Assembly (NCBI GenBank): GCA_965116875.1
Contig: OZ220733.1
Location: 3,136,001-3,200,000 of the forward strand
Source of the DNA: Candidatus Latescibacterota bacterium
GTDB taxonomy: Bacteria > Latescibacterota > UBA2968 > GCA-2709665
Length of the DNA stretch: 64,000 nt
Reading direction: 5' to 3'
Below, one piece after another: positions 8,324-17,400 of this stretch. The notes under the pieces were generated by a model that was not told where the DNA came from, did not search any database, and saw only the letters and a program-made list of their open reading frames with translations. Both the position numbers and the translations under genes were made by a program. Within the stretch, counting starts at the first letter, position 1, and each line of letters begins with the position of its first letter.

Positions 8324-9934
8324 ATGGGCACCATATCTTACGATGGCAATCGGAAGACGCTGGCAGCCGGGAAGACGATATTCGACTATGCGGATGAACT
8401 TGCGGTGCAGGTGCCCACTTCGTGCGGCCGCACCGGACACTGTCACGAGTGCGTGGTTGAAATCGGGCGGGGGATGAGCGCACTGCGGCCGCGCAACGAC
8501 GAGGAGTCGTTCCTGCGGGGCAATTACCGTCTGGCGTGCCAGGCGGTGGTTGAAGATGACGGCGCCGATATCGAGTTCTCGCCGTTGAGGCGCAAGCCCA
8601 GGATTCTCTCACATTCCCTGGAAAGACCGCTGGATCCGGACCCCCTGGTCACGCGCCGGGGGGACGTTGTCTGTTATGACGGCGTCACCGTCGACCGGTA
8701 TCGCGGTCACCTGTACGGAATTGCAATCGATCTGGGTACGACAACGGTCGTAATGGACCTGGTGGATCTGACCACGGGCAAGAGCGTCCACGTGAGTTCG
8801 TTCGAGAACCCGCAGCGCTTCGGCGGCAGCGACGTGATGCACCGCATCTCCTACGACGGGGAGTTTCAGGGCGAACTGCAGAAAGCCGTCGTCAACGCGA
8901 TCAATCACGAAATCCTGGATCTGGGAAACCGCTTCGGGTTCGTCCGTCAGGAGGTCTACGAGATCGTTGTGGCGGGAAACGCCACGATGCGGGACATTTT
9001 CTTCAAGCTGGACGTGCAGAGTATCGGCCAGAGACCGTACAAGTCCCGCGTGGAGCACGCCTTTCTCGAGGGCGAGCGGACGACGACTTCCCTGCTGGAG
9101 AGTTCCAGGCGACTGGGCCTGCGCGCCAATCCACGGGCGAAGGTCTACGGGATGCCCCTGATCGCCAGCCACGTGGGGGCGGATACCGCGGCCGACCTCG
9201 TGGCAACGGACCTGACGTCTCAGGATGGGGTGGTGATGCTGGTGGACGTGGGCACCAACACCGAGGTGGTGGTACGAAGCCCCGACCGGCTGCTCACGGC
9301 CTCATGTCCGGCCGGACCCGCTTTCGAGGGCGGGACGGTGCGATACGGGATGCCCGGCCACGAAGGCGCCATCGAGTCGATCCGTCGGGCGGACGGCGGA
9401 TTCCGGTACAGGACCATTGGAAACGTCGAGCCGGAGGGGATTTGCGGGTCCGGGCTGATCGATCTGCTCGCGGAGTTGCGGCGGCACGATCTCATGGCGC
9501 CGAAGGGGATGTTTGCCGACAGGTCCTTCGAGATGCCGGTTGTCCCGGAGTACGGGATCACGCTGTCCCGCGAAGACGCCAGCAATCTGGCACAGGCCAA
9601 GGCGGCGAATTTCTGCGGGCAGTTTATCCTGATGCGGCGCCTCGGAGTGGGGCCGGAAGATATCGACACGCTCTTTCTGGCCGGGGGTTTTGCGAACTAC
9701 GTGAACGTACGCAACGCGATCGAGATCGGGTTTCTGGCGCCCGTCGATGAAGAACGCGTGGTAAAAACGGGAAATGCGGCGGTCCAGGGGGCCCGTGAGG
9801 TCCTGCTTTCGCGTGAGAAACGGGCGACCGTCGAGGCGCTGGTGAAAGACATCGAACACGTCGAACTCGAAACGACACCGGACTTCTTCGAGGTGTTCGT
9901 GGAAGGCTGCCAGTTCAAGCCGATGCTTTTTTAA
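8324..9934 (+). CDS. ASKHA-type ATP-dependent reductive activator of corrinoid proteins (RACo/RamA-like) with N-terminal 2Fe-2S domain
   Basis: SCGRTGHCHEC...RLACQ ferredoxin; IDLGTTT, DVGTNTE, AGPAFEG, GICGSG, LAGGF, GNAA motifs. Confidence 0.93.
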   Translation: MGTISYDGNRKTLAAGKTIFDYADELAVQVPTSCGRTGHCHECVVEIGRGMSALRPRNDEESFLRGNYRLACQAVVEDDGADIEFSPLRRKPRILSHSLERPLDPDPLVTRRGDVVCYDGVTVDRYRGHLYGIAIDLGTTTVVMDLVDLTTGKSVHVSSFENPQRFGGSDVMHRISYDGEFQGELQKAVVNAINHEILDLGNRFGFVRQEVYEIVVAGNATMRDIFFKLDVQSIGQRPYKSRVEHAFLEGERTTTSLLESSRRLGLRANPRAKVYGMPLIASHVGADTAADLVATDLTSQDGVVMLVDVGTNTEVVVRSPDRLLTASCPAGPAFEGGTVRYGMPGHEGAIESIRRADGGFRYRTIGNVEPEGICGSGLIDLLAELRRHDLMAPKGMFADRSFEMPVVPEYGITLSREDASNLAQAKAANFCGQFILMRRLGVGPEDIDTLFLAGGFANYVNVRNAIEIGFLAPVDEERVVKTGNAAVQGAREVLLSREKRATVEALVKDIEHVELETTPDFFEVFVEGCQFKPMLF

Positions 9935-9975
9935 AACCGGGGAGAGGTCCCCGGACCAAACACGAGTAGTTTCGC

Positions 9976-11577
9976 ATGGCGACAGCTTCTGAAAAATCCA
10001 ACCCAGCCCCCGACAACGGGCAGAGACGTTCCCTGCGCCACCTGCTCGAGGAAACGGACGAGTTCGTCGTCTGCGTGGAACTGGTCAATTCCCGGGGCGT
10101 GATCACCGAGCGCCGCGGACGCCGGGTCCTGGATCTCGCGCGTGCGCTTGCCGGCCACCCGGGTGTCCACGCGCTGAGCATCACGGACAATCCGGGTGGC
10201 AACGCCACGAACAGCCCGGACACGATGGGGATCGACCTGTTGGAACGGGGGCAAGAGGTCATCATCCACGTTTCGTGCAAGGACTGGAACCGGAACGCGC
10301 TGCTGAGCAGGGGGTGGAAGCTCGCGAGCGAAGGATTCGAAAACGTGCTGGCGTTGTCGGGCGACTATCCCGCGGGAGGATATCGGGGGCAGGCGGAGGC
10401 GGTGTTCGATACCGATTCCGTAGGTCTGTTGAAGATGTTTTCGGAAATGAATGCAGGTATGCACGTTGAAGGCGGCAGAGGCAATCAGGTCCTGATGCCC
10501 ACCCGATTCTTCACGGGCGCCGTGGTAAACAACCACAAGCGGCACGAACGCGAGGTGATGCCGCAATATTTCAAGCTGGCGAAAAAGATCCGGAATGGCG
10601 CCGGATTCATCGTCAACCAGATCGGGTACGACGCGCGCAAGCAGGACGAACTGCTGAAGTATATGGCCCGTAGCGGCCTCCGCACGCCGGTAATTGCGAA
10701 CGTGTACGTGCTGAGCCCCGCCTCGGCCAGATTTTTCCATGCGGGAAATATCCCCGGCGTGATTGTCACCGACGAATTGCTGGAGCTCACGCGGAAACAC
10801 GCCCGTTCCCGCGATAAGGGCAAGGCCTTCTTCCTGGAGTTTGCCGCAAAGCAGTGCGCTGTCGCCAGGGGCCTGGGGTATCGCGGTGTGTACCTTGGCG
10901 GGCACCTGAAGTTCGAAGACTATGCGCGGATCCTTGAGATCTCCGTCGGCTATGGAGACACGGACTGGAAAGACTTCGTTCCCGAAATCTGCTTCCGGCA
11001 GCCGGAAGAGTTCTTCTTCTTTGAACCCGCGGGTGACACCGGGCTGAGTTCGGACGAGGTCAACCACGTGTATCGTCGTTCGAAGCAACCCGAGGTGTTG
11101 AGGGCCGCCAGGAGTCGTGTGCCCGCGGGCTACAAGTTCAACCGCTTCATCCACGACCTGGTCTTCGAGAAGGACAGTCCCGCGTTCCGAATCGGCCGAA
11201 AGTTCTTCGAGGCCGTCGATCGCGCCGGAAGCAGGGTCCGGAGGGCCGTTCATGGCGTCGAGCAGGCGGTGAAGATTCCGGCCTTCGACTGCAGGGACTG
11301 CGGCGACTGTTCGCTGCCGGATATCGCGTTCCTGTGTCCCGAGTCGCAATGCGTCAAGAATCAGCGAAACGGTCCCTGCGGCGGAACCCGGGGGGGCCTG
11401 TGCGAAGTGGGAGAGAGACAGTGCATCTGGTCGCTGGCATACGAGCGGCTGAAGGCCTACGGCGAGGAGGAGACGATGCTGGATGGGCCGGCGGTCTTCA
11501 GGGACGGCGCGATCAAAGGCACCAGCGCCTGGATGAACGCGTTTCTGGAGCGGGACCACCACGCGCACATGGAATGA
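9976..11577 (+). CDS. metF: Methylenetetrahydrofolate reductase (MetF) fused to a C-terminal MetV-like Cys-rich domain
   Basis: ITDNPGG, HVSCKDWNR, LALSGD, KKIRNGAGFIVNQ; C-terminal CRDCGDC...CPESQCVKNQRNGPCGG...CE...CIW. Confidence 0.85.
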   Translation: MATASEKSNPAPDNGQRRSLRHLLEETDEFVVCVELVNSRGVITERRGRRVLDLARALAGHPGVHALSITDNPGGNATNSPDTMGIDLLERGQEVIIHVSCKDWNRNALLSRGWKLASEGFENVLALSGDYPAGGYRGQAEAVFDTDSVGLLKMFSEMNAGMHVEGGRGNQVLMPTRFFTGAVVNNHKRHEREVMPQYFKLAKKIRNGAGFIVNQIGYDARKQDELLKYMARSGLRTPVIANVYVLSPASARFFHAGNIPGVIVTDELLELTRKHARSRDKGKAFFLEFAAKQCAVARGLGYRGVYLGGHLKFEDYARILEISVGYGDTDWKDFVPEICFRQPEEFFFFEPAGDTGLSSDEVNHVYRRSKQPEVLRAARSRVPAGYKFNRFIHDLVFEKDSPAFRIGRKFFEAVDRAGSRVRRAVHGVEQAVKIPAFDCRDCGDCSLPDIAFLCPESQCVKNQRNGPCGGTRGGLCEVGERQCIWSLAYERLKAYGEEETMLDGPAVFRDGAIKGTSAWMNAFLERDHHAHME

Positions 11578-11587
11578 GGGAAGATCG

Positions 11588-12634
11588 ATGAAACTCGAAG
11601 GCCGGGAAGGCGAGTTTATCATCATCGGGGAAAACATCCACACAACGCGGGTTGTCCTGAGAAAGGGACGACTCGTCGTGGAGAATCCCGACGGGGTTGA
11701 GGCCGTCCGCTACTACGACACTCTCAGGCGAAGGCGCTACCTGGCGATTCAGGACGACTTCAAGCGTACGCAGGACTATGAGGAAGGACGCGTCAAACAC
11801 GTGAAGATCGCCGTGCAGGCGGCAATGTCCGGCCATGCGCCGCATTCGGACGACGGGCTGGCGTACCTGCACCGGATGGTTCAGCGCCAGGAGGACGCGG
11901 GTACGGACTACCTGGACCTGAACGTGGACGAGGTCTCGCTGCGTCTGGACGAGCAGAAAGAGGCCATGCGATGGCTGGTGGGGGTCGTGCAGGAGGTAAG
12001 TTCGGTCCCGATCTCCGTGGACTCGTCCAACGTGGAGACGATCGGGGTGGGACTCGAAGCCTGCAATGGAAGGGCGGGACGGCCGCTTCTGAACTCGGCA
12101 TCGCTGGAGCGGCTGGAGGCGCTGGACCTGGCCTTGAGATTCAACGCCAGGGTTGTCGTGACGGCCTCCGGCGAGAGCGGCATGCCGCAGGACGCAAAGG
12201 AGCGCGTTGCGAACGCGTCCCGGATGGTGGACGCTGCGCTGATGAGGAAGATCGCGATCGAGGATGTCTTCGTGGATGCCCTGGTCTTTCCGATTTCCGT
12301 GGACGTCGGCTTCGGTAACCACTGCTTCGAGGCCATTCGCACGCTTCGCGAGAGATTCGGGCCCGGGATTCACGTCACGGGCGGGTTCAGCAACGTTTCG
12401 TTCGGACTGCCGTGCCGGCGCCTGATTAACGACGTGTTCACGATTCTCGCTATTGAGGCGGGAGCGGACAGCGGGATTGTCGACCCGGTCACCAGCAGCC
12501 CGCAGTGCGTCTTCACCATGGACCGGGATACGGAACCGTACCGCCTCGCGGAAGACATGCTTCTGGGCCGGGACCGCATGTGCAAGGCATTTCTGCGTGC
12601 ATATCGGAAGGGTGCGCTCGACGCGTACCGTTAA
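11588..12634 (+). CDS. Pterin-binding methyltetrahydrofolate:corrinoid methyltransferase (AcsE/MetH pterin-domain-like)
   Basis: IIGENIH, YLDLNVD, PISVDSS, LLNS, VFVDAL, GGFSNVSFGLP, IVDP motifs. Confidence 0.88.
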   Translation: MKLEGREGEFIIIGENIHTTRVVLRKGRLVVENPDGVEAVRYYDTLRRRRYLAIQDDFKRTQDYEEGRVKHVKIAVQAAMSGHAPHSDDGLAYLHRMVQRQEDAGTDYLDLNVDEVSLRLDEQKEAMRWLVGVVQEVSSVPISVDSSNVETIGVGLEACNGRAGRPLLNSASLERLEALDLALRFNARVVVTASGESGMPQDAKERVANASRMVDAALMRKIAIEDVFVDALVFPISVDVGFGNHCFEAIRTLRERFGPGIHVTGGFSNVSFGLPCRRLINDVFTILAIEAGADSGIVDPVTSSPQCVFTMDRDTEPYRLAEDMLLGRDRMCKAFLRAYRKGALDAYR

Positions 12635-12660
12635 TTCTTCAAGGAGGAATCGGGGAGGAA

Positions 12661-13740
12661 ATGAGGACATTTCTCGAGCGGATGGAAGACCCCAGGCCTT
12701 TGGTTTACGACGGGGGATTTGGGTCGGAGTTGTTCAAGGGGCGTATCGAATTGACGAACAGTGCGCTCGCGAATGAATTGCATCCGGCTGCGGTGGTCGA
12801 TATCCATGCCGCATATATAAACGCGGGTACCGACGTCATCGGCACCAACACCTTCGTGGCGTCGCCGCTGCACCTGGAAATGGCGGGCAAAGCGGCCAAC
12901 GAAGCCGGGAAGGTGGCCAGGCTGGCCGTTGAACACGCGAAAACCGCGGTCGAAACGAGCGGCAGGGAGGTCTATATCGCCGGATCCGTCGGCCCTTCGC
13001 CAGGGGCGATCGAGTCGGACGCGGGGGACACGGAGTTCGGCATCGCGGATGTGAAGGTAAGGGCGGCGCACGAACAGGTGATTCACGCGCTGGTGGAGGC
13101 CGGGGTGGACCTGATCTGTATCGAGACCATGTTTTCCGCGAAGGAGGCCGCCATTGCGGCGGACGTGGCGCGGAAGACGGGATTGCCCGTTGCAATCAAT
13201 CTCACGTGCAAGTACACGAAGGACCGCAAGACCGGCGAGGTGGTCTACCGGACGGACTGGGGGCATTCAGCCGGGGATCTCCTGGATTTCCTTGGGTCGG
13301 GTGAATTTTCGGACGGCGATGATCTTCTCGAGTACGTTCGGATTGTCGGCATGAATTGCGGCGCGGAGACCCGGCGGCCGGAACATACGGGGATGGCATA
13401 CGCGATCAACGGGATACGGCAGTTCCGCGAGGCGTTGGCGTCGAGGGGCGATTCAGGTATCGCTCTAATGGCCTATCCCAACGCGGGGCTCCCGCAACTG
13501 GAACGAAAGACGGGACGGACGACGTATTCCCAGACCGCCGAGGACATGGTGCTGTCCGTGCCCGAGTTGATCGACGCAGGGGCCGCCATCATCGGAGGCT
13601 GTTGCGGGACCGGACCGTCGCACATCCGGGCCTTCCACGGGATGATGAACGGGGGGCAGGGGAAGACCGGACACGAGGGCAAGGGTCCCGGCGTCCGCGG
13701 CCGGCAGGACGACGGGAACGGCCTGGGGAAGAAGGGGTGA
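12661..13740 (+). CDS. Homocysteine S-methyltransferase domain protein (stand-alone MetH N-terminal/Bmt-like)
   Basis: DGGFGSEL, TNTF, AGSVGP, IETMFS, GMNCG, YPNAGLP, IGGCCGT; GGAGG RBS before ATG 12661. Confidence 0.92.
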   Translation: MRTFLERMEDPRPLVYDGGFGSELFKGRIELTNSALANELHPAAVVDIHAAYINAGTDVIGTNTFVASPLHLEMAGKAANEAGKVARLAVEHAKTAVETSGREVYIAGSVGPSPGAIESDAGDTEFGIADVKVRAAHEQVIHALVEAGVDLICIETMFSAKEAAIAADVARKTGLPVAINLTCKYTKDRKTGEVVYRTDWGHSAGDLLDFLGSGEFSDGDDLLEYVRIVGMNCGAETRRPEHTGMAYAINGIRQFREALASRGDSGIALMAYPNAGLPQLERKTGRTTYSQTAEDMVLSVPELIDAGAAIIGGCCGTGPSHIRAFHGMMNGGQGKTGHEGKGPGVRGRQDDGNGLGKKG

Positions 13741-13743
13741 CCG

Positions 13744-14016
13744 GTGGCTGAATACCAGGTGTTGTACTGGAAGGACGTCCCCGCGCAGGTTCGGGTCTTC
13801 GACGGCAAACGCCGCGTTGCGCGACAGATGCCCGCGGAGTTCCAGGAGGCGATCGACCGGCGAGCGATGGCGGAGGGTCTGGCCGGAACGGACGCGTACC
13901 TGGCGCACTGGCAGTGGAGCGAGCGCCGGGAGCGCCCCGGCGACCCGCAGAAGGTCCTGGATTCCGTGGTAGCGGAGCTTGAACGGACGTACGACGAACG
14001 GGGTCGAATGGAATAG
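13744..14016 (+). CDS. 'Virulence factor' (PF13769-like) small protein associated with split methionine synthase clusters
   Basis: YWKDVPAQV...FQEAIDRRAM...TDAYLAHW signature. Confidence 0.8.
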   Translation: MAEYQVLYWKDVPAQVRVFDGKRRVARQMPAEFQEAIDRRAMAEGLAGTDAYLAHWQWSERRERPGDPQKVLDSVVAELERTYDERGRME

Positions 14017-14040
14017 AGAGTCCAAAGGGTTGTTGGTGAA

Positions 14041-14074
14041 AAAAGAGAGGAGCCGGAATTTCCGGCTCCTCTTT
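14041..14074. terminator. Intrinsic terminator, possibly bidirectional
   Basis: AGAGGAGCCGGA-ATT-TCCGGCTCCTCT stem, flanked by an A-run and TTT, right after the operon. Confidence 0.75.
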
Positions 14075-14117
14075 CTATTCATGTGCCGTAGCGGCGCGTG
14101 TTGCGAAGGCGTCGCGA

Positions 14118-14356
14118 TGCAAAATGCAACACGACGTGCAAAATGCATCCTCCCTCCGAAGCCGCACAATTTCCCCCATAAATAACATATAAACAATCAG
14201 ATATATATCATGCGCGTCACGTATTGGTGCCTGCGTTATGGTATTGGGCGTGCATTTTGCATCATCGGGTCCCTTTCTCTTTCCGGCGGTTTCTGTATAT
14301 ATATTATTAATAAACAATAACTTATGTATTTCAGAGCGCGATGGCACGGTCTTTGC
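14118..14356 (+). promoter_or_regulatory. Sigma54 promoter with putative enhancer repeats and IHF-like sites
   Basis: TGGCACGGTCTTTGC at 14342-14356 is the -24/-12 consensus. TGCAAAATGCA at 14118 and 14137, inverted at 14251. AT-rich AAACAATAACTTA at 14312. Confidence 0.75.
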
Positions 14357-14463
14357 CATGTAATATACTCTTTATCTCACGCACATGCGGTCTGCTGCGT
14401 CGGGTTCCATGCGGGCCGTTGTGGCTTTGTCGGGGTGACGTTCAACGATAAGGGAGGGGCGTT

Positions 14464-17400
14464 TTGCGCTATCGTATTCCGGACCTGGGACGCCGGTGTG
14501 GGACGTGTGTCGCGTCGATGTTTGCCGTCATGGTCTTGTGCGCGCCGTCGGTGTGCGGCGCCGGCACGTCGCCTACGGCCCTGCGCGTGACGTTGGAGGA
14601 GAGCGTTGCGGTGATCCGTTGGGAGGCGCCGAGCGAGGACGCGTCGTCGGTGACGAATTACGAGATTGCGTGGGAAGGCTCGCATGACGGAACGCTCCCG
14701 GTGCGATCGGGGGCGATCTGGACGAAGGGTAGGGCGACGACGTGGGACCTGGATCTGTCGTCAAACGGGGGGTTGCGTTATTTATGGTTCAAGGTGCGCG
14801 CGATGCGGGGTCTGGAGGGCAGCGGCTGGACGGACACGATCTACCTGGACGTGGAGGCTGCGAGGCAGCGGCCGCCGTCGGCGCCGGACTCTTTGCGGGC
14901 GCGGCCGGGTGACGGTGCGGTGGCGTTGACGTGGGCGGCTGCTGACGACGCGACGATCACGGGTTACGAGGTGCAGTACGCCGCGGGCGGCGCCACGTCG
15001 CCGCCGGACTGGACGGCCGCGGTGTGGCGTGAGATTGCCGACAGCGATTCGACGACGACGGCGCACACGGTGACGGGTCTGACGAACGGTACGGAATATA
15101 CGTTCGAGGTGCGCGCGAGGAACCCGGCGGGCGCGGGGGATTCGTCGCGCGTGACGGCCACGCCGATCTCCCTGCCGTCGGCGCCGGACTCGCTGCGTGC
15201 GCGTCCCGGCGACGGGCAGGTGACGTTGACGTGGGCGGATGCTGACGACGCGACGATCGCGGGGTATGAGACGCGGTTCACAACCACGGGGTTCACGGGT
15301 CCGCCGGACTGGACGGACGTCTCGTGGGTCGAGATACCGGACAGCGACGCGCGTACGACGACGCACGTGTTGACGGGATTGACGAACGGTGACGTGTATA
15401 CGTTTCAGTTGCGGGCAAGGAACACGGCGGGTCCCGGCGGTCCCGCCACGGTGACGGCGGCGCCGCGTCCGCCGCCGTCGTCGCCGGTGGACCTGCGCGC
15501 GTCGGCGGGCGAGGGTACGGTGAGGTTGACGTGGGACGACGCGGCGGACCCGAGAATCAGGTCTTATGAGACGCGGTACGGCGAGCGCGCGCTGCCGCTG
15601 CCCGAGGCGTGGGAAACGATCGCGGGCAGCGACGGCTTCACGACGAGCCACGCGGTGACGGGGCTGACCGACGGCGTGTTGGTGACGTTCGAGGTGCGCG
15701 CAAGGAACGCGTCGGGCGCGGGGGATTCGTCGCGCGTGACGGCGGCGGCGGGCCGTCCGGTGTCGCCCGACAGCCTGCGCGCGGGCGTGGGCGACGGGCA
15801 GGTGGCGCTGTCGTGGGCGGCGGCGGACAACGCGGCGATCACGGGCTATGAGATGCGTTACGGGGAGACCGCGTCGCCGTTGCCGGCGTGGAGCGACGAA
15901 GCCCATATCGCCGACAGCGACGCTGCCACGGTTTCTCACGCGGTGACGGGGTTGACCAACGGCACGTCGTATACGTTCGAGGTGCGCGCCGTCAGCGCGG
16001 CGGGGTCGGGGGCGTCCGCGCGTGCTTCGGCCACGCCCGTGCGTGCGCCTTTGGCGCCCGGCAACGTGAAGGCGTGGCCGGGGGCCGGAACCGCGGCGGT
16101 GACGTGGGACGATCCGGGCTATCCGGGCATCACGGGTTATGAGACGCGTTACGGGGAAAGCGGGTCGGCGCTGCCGGAGGTCTGGAGCGCGATCGCAAAC
16201 AGCGACGGCAACACGGTGTCTCACGTGGTGACGGGGTTGACCGACGGCGCGTCGTACACGTTCGAGGTGCGGGCCCTCAACGCGGCGGGCGCCGGGCCGT
16301 CGGGCGCCGCCTCGGTGCGGGTGGGCGCGCTGCCGGCGCCGGGCAACGTGAGTGCGACGGCGGGAGCGGGGACGGTGACGCTGGGATGGAACGACGTGGG
16401 CCGTCCGGGCGTGGCGGGCTACGAGACGCGGTACGGGGAACGGGGGTCGGCGCTGCCGGAGGTCTGGAGCGCGATCGCCAAGAGCGACGCCAACACGGTC
16501 TCTCATACCGTGACGGGGTTGACCGACGGCGTGCTGTACACGTTCGAGGTGCGCGCGAAGAACCCCGCCGGGGCGGGACAGGCCGCGCGGGTGACGGCGG
16601 CGCCGGGAACGCCCTCTGCGCCGGGGAACCTGCGGTGGTCGCAGGATGCGGGCACGGTCAGGCTGACGTGGGACGCCGCGGACAACGCGGCGATCACCGA
16701 ATACCAGGTGCGGTACCGCATGGGCGAGACGTGGGACCCGGACTGGACGACGATCGCCGGCAGCGGCGGCAGTACGACGGGCCACGAGATCACGGGGCTG
16801 ACGCGCGTGACGTCGTATACGTTTCAGGTGCGGGCGGTCAGCGCGGCCGGTGACGGCGAGGCGGCCGCGGTGATGCCGATGGCGCCGAAGATGCCCCTTA
16901 ACCTGAGCGCCTACGGGGGCGTGGGGCGGGCGCGGCTGTCGTGGGCGGACCCTGACGACGCGACCATCACGTCGTATCAGGTCCGATACGGGGAGAGCGG
17001 GTCGGCGCTGCCGGCGTGGACCGCGGCGCACGACGTGGCCGGCAGCGACGCCGCCACGACGGAGCACACCGTGGAACCCCTGACGTCGGGCACACCGTAT
17101 GCGTTCGAGGTGCGGGCGAAGAACACGGCGGGGCCGGGACCGGCAGCTAGCGCGGCGGCCACGCCCGTGCCGGGGGCGCCTGCAAACCTGGAAGGGAGAC
17201 CGGGCAACGGCGTGGTGACGCTGTCGTGGACGGACCCGGAGGACGCCGGGATCACCGGCTACGAACTCGTCCACTACGCCGGGGCGGCGCGGCCGTCGCC
17301 GGCCGTCTGGCGGGAAATCGACAACAGCGGGCCGGCCACGGTCAGCCACGCCGTGCCGGACCTGACCAACGGCACAGCGTACACGTTCGAGGTGAGGGCG

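Noticed and set aside
11588-12634. Dihydropteroate synthase folP
   Set aside because: GENIH and SNVSFGLP motifs and the operon context fit the methyltransferase branch of pterin-binding barrels.
5216-14016. Wood-Ljungdahl pathway or methanogenesis
   Set aside because: AcsE-, RACo- and MetV-like parts are present, but there is no acsB/C/D, CODH or mcr in the window.
13744-14016. A true virulence gene
   Set aside because: The name is a family label only; context indicates a methyl-transfer accessory role.
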